Assembly (NCBI GenBank): GCA_016927995.1
Contig: JAFGLO010000004.1
Coordinates: 64,955 to 128,954 of the forward strand
DNA: 64,000 bases
Reading direction: 5' to 3'
Source: Candidatus Dojkabacteria bacterium
Lineage (GTDB): Bacteria > Patescibacteriota > Dojkabacteria > JAFGLO01
Part shown: in pieces, positions 38,765-48,186 of the stretch
Numbering within the stretch: the first letter of the stretch is position 1
Layout: each line of letters opens with the position of its first letter
Translations under genes and position numbers: made by a program
The notes under the pieces: model-generated
What the model was told of the DNA's origin: nothing
The model's database searches: none
What the model saw: only the letters and a program-made list of their open reading frames with translations

Positions 38765-41458
38765 TTATTTTTCTTCAGGTTCTTCAATATTTTCCTCTAC
38801 AACGGCCAACGAAGCAACCTTATCGCCGGAATCGAGCTTCATAATGCGAACACCCTGAGTAATTCGATTAAGTGTTGGAATCTTGGTAATTCCAATTCGG
38901 ATAAGTACACCTTTTTCTGAAACAACCATAATTTCGGATTCGCCGTTGGAAATAATTCTAGTTTCGGCAACTTTTCCGGTCTTTGTAGTAATCTCCATGG
39001 TTTTTACACCTTTGCCACCACGTTTTTGGGTAGGATAGTTGGTAAGTGAGGTAAATTTACCGTAACCATTATCTGAAATAATAAGGTTTCTACCGTCAGG
39101 TGAGGGAATAACATCCATGCTAACAACAAAATCGCTATCGCTTGCAAATTTAATACCTGTAACACCTTTAGTATTTCTTCCTGTTGATTTAACGTCGGTT
39201 TCTTTGAACTGAATTGATTTTCCTTCACGAGTTATAAGCATAATATTGTCTTTACCGCTTGTGGATTTAACATACGAAAGCTCATCACCCGTGTTTAGTG
39301 AAATCGCAATAAGTCCGCTAGCACGAATTTTGTCAAATTCCGAAAGCTTAGTTTTTTTAACAATACCTTGTTTGGTTGACATAATAAAGTATTTTTGGGA
39401 TTTGTCTGATGTGCGCTTAGGAAGAACGGCTGTTACCTTTTCGTCGGCATCGATCTGAATAAAGTTGACAATAGGAATACCTTTGGCTTGTTTTCCATAT
39501 TCCGGAATATCATATGCCTTAACCACAAAAACTTTACCTTTGCTTGTGAAAAACATTATGGAATCGTGGGTTTCACACATGAACAATTCTTTTACAAAGT
39601 CGCCGTCTTTGGTCTTTGCTGCAACAGAGCCTTTCCCGCCACGCTTTTGAGTGCGGTAAGTATTAGGATTTGTACGTTTAATATATCCAAGACTGCTTAG
39701 AGCTATAATTGTTGGCTCATTTGTAACCAAATCCTCTTCCGAGAAATCATCAACTCCGCCGGCAACAATTTTGGTTCTGCGAGCATCGCCGTACTTTTCT
39801 TTAAGTGACAAGAGATCGGCTTTAATTGTTGATAGGATTTTATCGTTACTTTCGAGAAGTGCAATTATATCTTTAATGTTTTTTTGGACTTCTTTGTATT
39901 CATCCTCGATTTTTTGACGTTCAAGTGCGGCAAGTCGCCTAAGTTGCATGTCCAAAATGGCCTGAGCTTGAACTTCGGTAAGCTTGAACTTAGTAATAAG
40001 GTTAACTTTTGCGTCTTCCTGGTTTTTTGAAGCACGAATGGTTGCAATGACTTCATCAAGAAAATCAAGTGCAATTTTTAATCCTTCAAGAATATGTTCT
40101 CGATATCGAGCCTGTGATAGATTAAACTCATTTTTACGAATTGTAACGACAATTCTGTGAGTTAGGTACTGTTCCAAGATTTCGCGCAAAGTTAAGGTTC
40201 TTGGTTCACCATCGACAAGTGCAATCATGTTGGCGTTAAAGGCCTTTTGCATGTCGGTGTATTTAAAGAGCTTGTTTAATACTGTTTGTGGGTTACTGTT
40301 TCGTGAAAGCTCTACAACAACTCTAATTCCGTCTTTTGTCGATTCATCACGGAGTCCTGAGATTCCTTTGATTTTTCCGAGCTTTACAAGACTTGCAATC
40401 TTTTCTATTAGGAATGCTTTGTTTGTTTGGAATGGAAGTTCTGTAATAATAATTGCAAATTTGCCACCTTTTAATTCTTCAATATCGGCCTTGGCCCGCA
40501 TAAGTACACGGCCACGACCGGTTGCGTACATTTCGGCCATCTCTTTTTTATTGTAAGCGATTCCGTAGGTTGGGAAATCAGGTCCTTTAACAAATTTCAT
40601 TAGTTCCTCGACGGTAATCTCACTTCTGAATGTCGGATAAAGAACTTCACCTTCGTTTAAGGTTGCTCCTTCCAGATAGTTTTCAAAACAGCTCTCGGGT
40701 TGATTGGAAAGTACTCTAGGGATCTTTTCGGCGTTTTCCTTTTCGTGGCGGAGTCTATTATATGCAGGCTTGCCACTCCACTTGTTACCTAAGTCAACCA
40801 TGTTAATTAGAGCGTCGGTAATTTCAGAAAGATTGTGAGGTGGAATTTTTGTTGCCATACCTACGGCAATTCCTTCGGCACCATTACAGATTAGTCCTGG
40901 AAATAGTCCCGGAAGTACGCTTGGTTCTTTAAGCCGGGCATCGTAGTTGGGTTGATATGAAACGGCACCTTTTTCTAAATCTTCTAGAAGTGCAACTGTG
41001 TATCGGGTCATTTTGGCCTCGGTATAACGCATATGAGCAGCAGGATCGCCGTCGATCGAACCAAAGTTTCCTTGGCCAAAGACTAGCTGATATCTGGTAC
41101 TAAAGTCTTGTGCCATGTTTACTAGTGTTCCATAAGCTGCCGCATCACCGTGTGGGTGATAGTTTCCTGTGGCGTCTCCAATGATTTTTGCACATTTAAT
41201 GTAATGACCTGTCGGAGTCAGGTTAAGATCGTTCATTGCTACAAGTATTCTACGCTGGGAAGGTTTAAGTCCATCACGTACATCGGGAAGGGCACGGGCT
41301 ACAATAACACTCATAGAATAGTCGATGTAGCTTTTCTTCATCTCATCAACTATATTAGTTTCGATAACGGCACCTCGACTTTGTGATTTTATCGGTTCGT
41401 TGGTTTTAGTTTTGGAGGTTGATTCGGCTAAAGGCTTATCTGTTTGTACTTCTGCCAT
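38765..41458 (-). CDS. gyrA: DNA gyrase subunit A
   Basis: RALPDVRDGLKP, YHPHGD, MRYTE, GPDFPT, GyrA-box QKRGGKG, C-terminal pinwheel repeats. Confidence 0.96.
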   Translation of the reverse strand: MAEVQTDKPLAESTSKTKTNEPIKSQSRGAVIETNIVDEMKKSYIDYSMSVIVARALPDVRDGLKPSQRRILVAMNDLNLTPTGHYIKCAKIIGDATGNYHPHGDAAAYGTLVNMAQDFSTRYQLVFGQGNFGSIDGDPAAHMRYTEAKMTRYTVALLEDLEKGAVSYQPNYDARLKEPSVLPGLFPGLICNGAEGIAVGMATKIPPHNLSEITDALINMVDLGNKWSGKPAYNRLRHEKENAEKIPRVLSNQPESCFENYLEGATLNEGEVLYPTFRSEITVEELMKFVKGPDFPTYGIAYNKKEMAEMYATGRGRVLMRAKADIEELKGGKFAIIITELPFQTNKAFLIEKIASLVKLGKIKGISGLRDESTKDGIRVVVELSRNSNPQTVLNKLFKYTDMQKAFNANMIALVDGEPRTLTLREILEQYLTHRIVVTIRKNEFNLSQARYREHILEGLKIALDFLDEVIATIRASKNQEDAKVNLITKFKLTEVQAQAILDMQLRRLAALERQKIEDEYKEVQKNIKDIIALLESNDKILSTIKADLLSLKEKYGDARRTKIVAGGVDDFSEEDLVTNEPTIIALSSLGYIKRTNPNTYRTQKRGGKGSVAAKTKDGDFVKELFMCETHDSIMFFTSKGKVFVVKAYDIPEYGKQAKGIPIVNFIQIDADEKVTAVLPKRTSDKSQKYFIMSTKQGIVKKTKLSEFDKIRASGLIAISLNTGDELSYVKSTSGKDNIMLITREGKSIQFKETDVKSTGRNTKGVTGIKFASDSDFVVSMDVIPSPDGRNLIISDNGYGKFTSLTNYPTQKRGGKGVKTMEITTKTGKVAETRIISNGESEIMVVSEKGVLIRIGITKIPTLNRITQGVRIMKLDSGDKVASLAVVEENIEEPEEK

Positions 41459-41589
41459 TTGCTGATTGTGGTAAGTTTATATGAATGTATACTCGTTATT
41501 GACTGGTCATTGTAGCACAATTAAGGTCCCTGGTAAACATGGAGCAACTAGTACTTGCATAAATATCTAAGATGCGGAAAAATTAGAGT

Positions 41590-41784
41590 ATGAAATATGA
41601 TTATGTCTGCCAGTCGTGTAAGCATGAATTCGAAGTAGAGCTTAAGCTTTCTGAGCTTGGTAAGAAAAAAATTGTGTGTCCAAAGTGCAAAAGTCCTGAC
41701 TGCAAAAAGATAATAAAACCAGTTAGTATAGGAAGCAGCGGTTGTAGTGGAGCTTGTGCAACATGTCCTGGTTGCGGACACTAA
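41590..41784 (+). CDS. FmdB-family zinc ribbon protein
   Basis: YDYVCQSCKHEFE, CPKCKS, Cys-rich tail. Confidence 0.85.
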   Translation: MKYDYVCQSCKHEFEVELKLSELGKKKIVCPKCKSPDCKKIIKPVSIGSSGCSGACATCPGCGH

Positions 41785-41808
41785 AATCAATAAATTAAAA
41801 AACATATA

Positions 41809-42729
41809 ATGTCAGCGCAAACTTATGATCTTATAATAATAGGCGCGGGTCCGGCGGGATATACCGCATCGGTGTATTCATCCCGCTATCGAATTAGTAA
41901 TGTAGTAATAGGCTCTATTCCCGGCGGGCTTGCAACAGAAGCTCACAATGTGTGCAATTTCCCAACAGAAAAAAGCATATCAGGAATTGGGCTTATGCAA
42001 AAAATGAAAGAGGTTGTGGAGAATAATGCAGCTGAGATTGTGATTGATGAAGTTATTTCAATAGAAAAAGAGACCGAGTGCTTTGTTGTAAAAACAGGTT
42101 TGGGAAAAGAATATACTTCAAAGGCAGTGCTAATTGCTACTGGAACATATCATAAAAAACTTGGTATTAAGGGCGAGCTAAGTCTTGTGGGAAAAGGCGT
42201 TAGCTACTGTGCCACCTGTGATGGTCCATTTTACAAAGATAAAATTGTAGGAGTAATTGGTGGAGCCAACGCAGCAAACATGGCAAGTTTGTATTTGTCC
42301 GGAGTTGCTAAGAAAGTCTATCAGTTTGTGCGAAGCACCCAAAAGGGTGATCAGGTTTTAATCGATTCCATAAATAAAAAAGAAAATATTGAAGTGCTAT
42401 TAAAAACCGAGGTTGAAGTTGTCTTGGGAGAAGATAAAGTTACAGGTGTTAGGCTTGCGTCACCTCATGATGGGCAGAGCGAAATTCTGCTAGACGGTAT
42501 ATTTATCGAGGTTGGAACCACACCTGCTACAGCATTTACTCAAGGGCTAGGGCTTAGTGTTGATTTGGATGGATATATTGTAGTCAAACCTGATCAGGCA
42601 ACCAATGTGGATGGAATTTGGGCTGCCGGCGATATAACTACAAATTCAAATAAGTATCATCAAATCATCACGGCTTGTAGCGAAGGCGCTATTGCCGCGA
42701 GTAGCATTGCCCAATGGATTCGTAAATGA
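41809..42729 (+). CDS. trxB: Thioredoxin reductase
   Basis: IIGAGPAG, GVSYCATCDG, GIWAAGD. Confidence 0.92.
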   Translation: MSAQTYDLIIIGAGPAGYTASVYSSRYRISNVVIGSIPGGLATEAHNVCNFPTEKSISGIGLMQKMKEVVENNAAEIVIDEVISIEKETECFVVKTGLGKEYTSKAVLIATGTYHKKLGIKGELSLVGKGVSYCATCDGPFYKDKIVGVIGGANAANMASLYLSGVAKKVYQFVRSTQKGDQVLIDSINKKENIEVLLKTEVEVVLGEDKVTGVRLASPHDGQSEILLDGIFIEVGTTPATAFTQGLGLSVDLDGYIVVKPDQATNVDGIWAAGDITTNSNKYHQIITACSEGAIAASSIAQWIRK

Positions 42730-42751
42730 TTTTTTTATTTTTTTATTTTAC

Positions 42752-43336
42752 GTAGGGACAGGTCTAGACCGGCAGGGGGTCCAGAGAGTGCTTACCAATA
42801 TGTCCTTTGTGCTTTTGCACGTTAAAGTATATGTAATTACGAACACGTTGTAGATCTCTTTCATTCCGAATAATATGGTCGTAAAAAGATCTTTGCCATT
42901 CGAATCTGCCGGGAAACCTCTTGTTTATCCTCCATGATGAGTTCGATTTAAATCCTCTCATGATTTCAGACAAGTTTTTTTCTGGTTCAATCAGGTGAAT
43001 TATCCCATGCAAATGGTCTGGCATTACAATGAAGGCATCCAAATCTATTCCGGAATAATGAACAGGTAAGTCATGCCAACAACCCAATATGATTGCGCCT
43101 AAGTCACTTAAGACAAACATATTTCTCTTAATCTTGCCTAGGATCTGGGGCCTTGTCTTTACTACCGTTGTAATAAAGTAAAATCCTGGTGTTTTGTAGT
43201 CGTATCCTTTAAGCCGTTGTCTTTTCCTTCCTTTTTCTTCCATACTTAACATTAACACACCCGCACCCCCATATGGAAGAAACCAAGTTGGCATAATGTG
43301 AATTTAATACCCCTGTCGGTCTAGACCTGTCCCTAC
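42752..43336. mobile_element. RAYT locus bounded by ~27-bp inverted REP ends
   Basis: Left GTAGGGACAGGTCTAGACCGGCAGGGG; right (reverse complement) GTAGGGACAGGTCTAGACCGACAGGGG. Confidence 0.88.
42764..43243 (-). CDS. REP-associated tyrosine transposase (RAYT, Y1 HUH)
   Basis: RLKGYDY..GFYFIT, MPDHLH HUH motif, WQRSFYDHIIR, catalytic YI..N; probable start 43243. Confidence 0.93.
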   Translation of the reverse strand: MEEKGRKRQRLKGYDYKTPGFYFITTVVKTRPQILGKIKRNMFVLSDLGAIILGCWHDLPVHYSGIDLDAFIVMPDHLHGIIHLIEPEKNLSEIMRGFKSNSSWRINKRFPGRFEWQRSFYDHIIRNERDLQRVRNYIYFNVQKHKGHIGKHSLDPLPV

Positions 43337-43370
43337 TGGTCAGCATTTTGCGATTACTATATAATGAGTC

Positions 43371-44033
43371 ATGAGCAAAATTCTTAAGGTTATGCTTACA
43401 GCAGCTTTGTTTTTTCGTGTTTTTACATCCTTCGCTTATGCTTCCGGAGGAAGCAGTTTACCCAGTGTTGCATTTTCTCCCGGAAGTGGATTCACAGGAG
43501 TAGGTGAGGAGTTTTGGGTTGACATTCTGGTAAATACTGCGGGGCAGAATTCGTTATCCACGAGAGTTGTATTTGAATTCGATCCTTCATATTTCGAGGT
43601 TACAAAGGTTGAACGAACCAATATGTACTGTAACTATCCTACCGGGGCCGCAGAGTATGGTGTATCAAATGATAGTGGATATGTTATTATTACTGGATAT
43701 TGCTCTTCTTCCTATACAAATACCAGTGTTCCAGAGCGGTTTGCAACCGTATATTTTAGAGCTTTAAGAATTGGTGACACCAATCTAAATTTTCGATATA
43801 ACGGAGCTGATTCACCTGGAAATACAGTCATTTATGGAACAGGTAGTCCGCCTGCAAACATTCTAACAGTTGCTCCTTCGGTTGGATCTTACAAAATTGT
43901 TACAGACATAAGTGGATACACTCAAAGTTCTCCTTCTACCGGAGTTGTTGACTATGTTTTTGCCGGGGTATCGGTTCTTGTAATTGGTGGTGGTATTTTT
44001 GTATACTTTAGGAATAGAAAAAAACTTAAATAA
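43371..44033 (+). CDS. Cohesin-domain surface protein with C-terminal anchor
   Basis: Signal peptide, VGEEFWVDILVNT, FDPSYFEV, PSTG plus TM plus basic tail. Confidence 0.75.
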   Translation: MSKILKVMLTAALFFRVFTSFAYASGGSSLPSVAFSPGSGFTGVGEEFWVDILVNTAGQNSLSTRVVFEFDPSYFEVTKVERTNMYCNYPTGAAEYGVSNDSGYVIITGYCSSSYTNTSVPERFATVYFRALRIGDTNLNFRYNGADSPGNTVIYGTGSPPANILTVAPSVGSYKIVTDISGYTQSSPSTGVVDYVFAGVSVLVIGGGIFVYFRNRKKLK

Positions 44034-44047
44034 TTTAATATATTAAT

Positions 44048-44482
44048 GTGTTGAAAAAATACGTTTTATATTTTCTAACAAGTATTACGTCGGCTTGGAT
44101 AATAAATTCAGTGCTTTCCGGAATTATTATTGCAAATCAGGCAACGCTTTTTCTTGTTGCACTTTTAATTACTGCGGCAATCTGGCTTACCGAGTATGTT
44201 TACAGCCAGTTAAAAAAGAAAAATCTGTTAATTTTTCTCTTAATGGGGACGCTTATTGGATTTTTTGTGATTTATATTGGAACGCTTTTGTTTGACGGTT
44301 TTGCATTTACCGGAGGCTCACTTGCGCCTTTGGATCTTGCAATCCTCGAGACTCCTTCTATTCGAAGTGTTGACAGCGTTCTTACACTACTACTTGCCTC
44401 GTTTATTTTTACAATTATTGCATTTGTGACTAAGTGGGCAAGTACGGGTGAAGGCAAAAAGAAAGAGAGTAGCAAGGAATAG
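44048..44482 (+). CDS. 4-TM membrane protein
   Basis: Four hydrophobic segments. Confidence 0.65.
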   Translation: MLKKYVLYFLTSITSAWIINSVLSGIIIANQATLFLVALLITAAIWLTEYVYSQLKKKNLLIFLLMGTLIGFFVIYIGTLLFDGFAFTGGSLAPLDLAILETPSIRSVDSVLTLLLASFIFTIIAFVTKWASTGEGKKKESSKE

Positions 44483-44540
44483 ATAACAAGAAACTGTAAT
44501 CTGTGTGCGGCGGGCCGATTGGCCCGCCGCATATTAACCA

Positions 44541-45311
44541 TTATTCGAGATCCAGGTAATCAATCATTAACCCATCCGCAACAGCAATATCTTCAGAATT
44601 TCCATTGAACACATAAGTTTCTAAACCTATTGTTGCCATAATATAGTTAGGTTGACCAACTGTTCCAAGACACATATCTGTCTCAGTGAATCTGTAAGGG
44701 GTGTAGGTCCAGTTGCCAGCACTTTCTGAACGAACTAATCCCACATGGTCCTCACCTTTTGATTCGAATACAATTGTGTACTCGGAGATATCCTTTTCCA
44801 AAATGTCGCATTGAAACCCTATTGGACCAACTACATGTAAAGACCTTTCTTCTATATAAAGTTCCGATTCTCCATTAGAAAGCCTGACCACACTTTTATC
44901 ATGAATTGGGTATATTCCTTCGACATCACAACCATCTTCAGATTGCTTACAAAGAGGGGCGAAGAAGCTGATGCCTTGTTCTTGGGGAATTCGGGCATCA
45001 AGCTGTAAAACGTTTACAGTTACCTCTGTAACCTGCCAGCTTGCAGGTACTTTTATTTGCTTGTCATTTGGTAGTTTTAATGTATATGATGTACTTAACG
45101 ATTCGATATTTTCATCGGTAATCGTTTCCTCTTTTTCAGTTCCTGTGCCATTGTTGTTCGAGGAGAACAAGGTGTTTACTACCGGAGTCTTATTCTCGAT
45201 AAACAGTCCGGTAGCAATACCTAAGAAGAGCACAGTAATCATTGACAATGCAATGACTAACCCTTTGTTTTTAACCATTTTAAGTTTTGTAAATTTATGT
45301 TGGTTATGCAT
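44541..45311 (-). CDS. Membrane-anchored hypothetical protein
   Basis: N-terminal TM then acidic soluble domain. Confidence 0.6.
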   Translation of the reverse strand: MHNQHKFTKLKMVKNKGLVIALSMITVLFLGIATGLFIENKTPVVNTLFSSNNNGTGTEKEETITDENIESLSTSYTLKLPNDKQIKVPASWQVTEVTVNVLQLDARIPQEQGISFFAPLCKQSEDGCDVEGIYPIHDKSVVRLSNGESELYIEERSLHVVGPIGFQCDILEKDISEYTIVFESKGEDHVGLVRSESAGNWTYTPYRFTETDMCLGTVGQPNYIMATIGLETYVFNGNSEDIAVADGLMIDYLDLE

Positions 45312-45693
45312 AGTAATACGAACGATATAAAAAAAAGTAACAGTACTTTCCTCGCTATTATGGGTTGAATACTTCTGTGTGAACTCGCAGGGGGATTGAA
45401 TAATCGAGCCTTAAGATTGGTAGTTGGAGCTCTCGGAGAAGGGCTTTTGGTTTCTGCAAAGAGTCTAAACCGATTAGTGAAGTTTTACTTAATTGGTCAA
45501 CGTGAAGGAATAGATATGGAAGAAGCTCTTGATGAGCGTTTTGCAAGACTAAGAAGACTTTATCAAAGTTCCCTGCAGGCGGTTGATTAGCTCATTCTCT
45601 TGTAGATCGACAAAGGATTTCCAACACAAGCTACCGGCTAAATACTACTTCACCGTACAAGTCCGAGACATGTCTGTACTATTTCACTACTTA

Positions 45694-46371
45694 CTATCCT
45701 CTTCTTGGAACATAAGGAATAATCTTTTTTGCAAGTTCCATAATGGGCATGCTTTGTAGCCATACTTTGCCTGGACCCTTTACTGTTGCCAAAAACAAGC
45801 CTTCACCACCAAACAAAATGTTTTTAAATCCTTTAACCATTTGAATGTCTGCAGTTACACTGTCTTCATATGCGGCAATATATCCGGTATCGACTAGTAG
45901 TTCTTCTCCTTCTGTTAAGAGACGTTCTTCAACTGATCCTGCAACTTCGATAAAAGCTTTGCCTTTGCCTGATAATTTTTGAAGGATAAAGCCTTCACCG
46001 CCTAAAAGTCCCATTCCAAAACGTTTTGTTAAGTGAACGGATAGTTCTACTGTATTTTCTGCAACCATGAATGCATCTTTCTGTGTAATTATACTGTTAC
46101 CTGATAAATCAAATTCAATAATTTGTCCTGGAAATTCCGAGGTAAAGGCAATTTCTGCGTCATCTGCTTCAGACGTGAAGGTTGCCAAAAACATACTTTC
46201 TCCGCTAAATGCTCGACCGATTGCACTCATAACACCGCCTCGCATATTTGTTTCCATTTTAATTTGTGGACTCATCCAGGCCATTCCGCCCTTTTCGGAA
46301 AACACGGATTCTCCTTTTGAGAGTTTCATTACAATGTATGGGAGATTTCCACCTTTTATTTCGTACTTCAT
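45694..46371 (-). CDS. TIGR00266/AIM24 family protein
   Basis: GESVFSEKGGM, SGESMF, GGEGFILQKLSG, GGEGLF..GPGKVWLQSM. Confidence 0.92.
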   Translation of the reverse strand: MKYEIKGGNLPYIVMKLSKGESVFSEKGGMAWMSPQIKMETNMRGGVMSAIGRAFSGESMFLATFTSEADDAEIAFTSEFPGQIIEFDLSGNSIITQKDAFMVAENTVELSVHLTKRFGMGLLGGEGFILQKLSGKGKAFIEVAGSVEERLLTEGEELLVDTGYIAAYEDSVTADIQMVKGFKNILFGGEGLFLATVKGPGKVWLQSMPIMELAKKIIPYVPRRG

Positions 46372-46465
46372 TTTTTGTTATGTAAAAAATTATCAGATTT
46401 TAGTATAGCACAAATTTTACTTCTCATAGTGATCCTGTTGCTATAGTCTCTTGCTTGCTAGTCTA

Positions 46466-46768
46466 TTCACTATTTCACTGCTTAAGTTTCCCTCGATTCC
46501 TATGTTCATCGGAAGCCATTTGCTTATTTTGCCTTTTTGCTAAAGCGATTTCTTCTTCTCACACTAGCTTTTCGGTGATTACTTGACTGTTTTACTACTT
46601 CACTACTTCACTGTTTCACTACGTTACTGCTTCACTGCTTAAGCTTCCGTTGATTCCTATGTTCGAAGTGAACCCTTTATCTGTTTTGCCTTTGTGTTAA
46701 AGCTTGCCACTTCTCTCATAGGTATCTTCCGGAGTGTATTACTTCACTGTTTCACTACTTTACTGTTT
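46466..46768 (-). repeat. Dispersed composite repeat, copy B (two cores, three 8-mer arrays)
   Basis: CTTCACTG/TTTCACTA arrays; cores contain GATTCCTATGTTC. Confidence 0.9.
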
Positions 46769-46809
46769 AAGGTATACTAAAGTAAGACTTAGTTTATGTT
46801 TATTTTAGA

Positions 46810-48129
46810 ATGGCACCGGTAACAATAAAAGATATAATTCCCAGGCAGATTATTGATTCCCGAGGTAATCCCACCGTCGAGGTTGACTTAATTTTAACCG
46901 ACGGATCGTTTCATAGAGCATCGGTTCCTAGTGGTGCATCTACCGGGACTCACGAGGTTGTAGAGCTTCGTGATACTAATGATCCCAAACGGTACCACGG
47001 TAAAGGTGTATTACAAGCATGTGTAAATGCCGAGGTCTTAATAGGTCCGCAAATTATGGGACTTGATCCAAGGCTTCAAAAACAAATCGATGAAAGCATC
47101 AGAGCTTCCGATGGAACCGAAAATTTTTCAAATATTGGAGCTAATGCAGCTTTGGCTGTGTCTATTGCAGTTTTAAAGGCAGGTGCATATTTAGAGAATG
47201 TACCCTTATATAGATACATAATGAAAATATTAAAAGATGAATATGGGCTGGCTTATCCTCCCAATCTGATATTTCCGACACCAATGTTCAATGTATTTAA
47301 CGGAGGTGCCCATGCCGATAACAATATTGCAATACAAGAATTCATGATAATTCCATCCGGTATTCCTGACATAAGGGAAAAGATAAGAGCAGGTGCCGAA
47401 ATTTTTCAAACGTTATTAAAGCTTCTTAGCAATCAAAAAATCGATACAGATGTAGGAAATGAAGGTGGTTTTGCTCCCGATCTTCCATCAGACGTTGAAG
47501 CAATGGAGCTCCTAATTAAAGCAATCGAAACATCGGGATACACTCCAGGTGATCAAGTAAATATTGGGCTTGATGTTGCTATATCACAATACTACGATGT
47601 CGAAAGAAAGTGGTATAAGTTGCCACATCAGCTTGTGAATGGAAAGGTGACAAATGTTGAAGGAACCTTTCAGGACGTTGTGGCCTATTACACAATGCTT
47701 TTAGATAAATACCCAATTCTTATTTTGGAGGATGGGTTTCACGAGGATGATTGGGAGGGCTTTGCAACTCTCAAACCAATTATGGATGTTAAAAATCGCT
47801 ACTGTATGGGAGATGATCTTACTGTCACTAATGTTGACCGAATTCAGAAGGGTATTGATACAAACGCAATTAACTCGATAATTATTAAGCCAAATCAGAT
47901 AGGCACGATAACCGGCGTATTCGAAGCTATAAAACTTTGCAAGGACAATGACATAAAAATTGCGACCTCACACAGATCCGGGGAAACTGTCGACACTACA
48001 ATTTCACATATTGCAGTAGGAGGTCAGACCACATTTATAAAAGCCGGTGCACCTAGTCGGTCCGAACGTGCCGAGAAATATAACGAGCTTTTGCGCATGA
48101 TTACACCGGATATGGTGATTAAGAGATAA
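46810..48129 (+). CDS. eno: Enolase
   Basis: DSRGNPTVEV, VPSGASTG, NGGAHA, GNEGGFAP, SHRSGET. Confidence 0.97.
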   Translation: MAPVTIKDIIPRQIIDSRGNPTVEVDLILTDGSFHRASVPSGASTGTHEVVELRDTNDPKRYHGKGVLQACVNAEVLIGPQIMGLDPRLQKQIDESIRASDGTENFSNIGANAALAVSIAVLKAGAYLENVPLYRYIMKILKDEYGLAYPPNLIFPTPMFNVFNGGAHADNNIAIQEFMIIPSGIPDIREKIRAGAEIFQTLLKLLSNQKIDTDVGNEGGFAPDLPSDVEAMELLIKAIETSGYTPGDQVNIGLDVAISQYYDVERKWYKLPHQLVNGKVTNVEGTFQDVVAYYTMLLDKYPILILEDGFHEDDWEGFATLKPIMDVKNRYCMGDDLTVTNVDRIQKGIDTNAINSIIIKPNQIGTITGVFEAIKLCKDNDIKIATSHRSGETVDTTISHIAVGGQTTFIKAGAPSRSERAEKYNELLRMITPDMVIKR

Positions 48130-48186
48130 AAAATGATCTTTGTAACGTTTATTTATGCTTTATTTGCAGTGCTAATACAGATGCAT

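Noticed and set aside
45358-45590. Short overlapping ORFs
   Set aside because: No good start or motif; possibly a gene remnant but unsupported.
46466-46768. CRISPR-like repeat-spacer reading of the composite repeat
   Set aside because: Cores are homologous to one another and arrays vary in length; there are no unique spacers.
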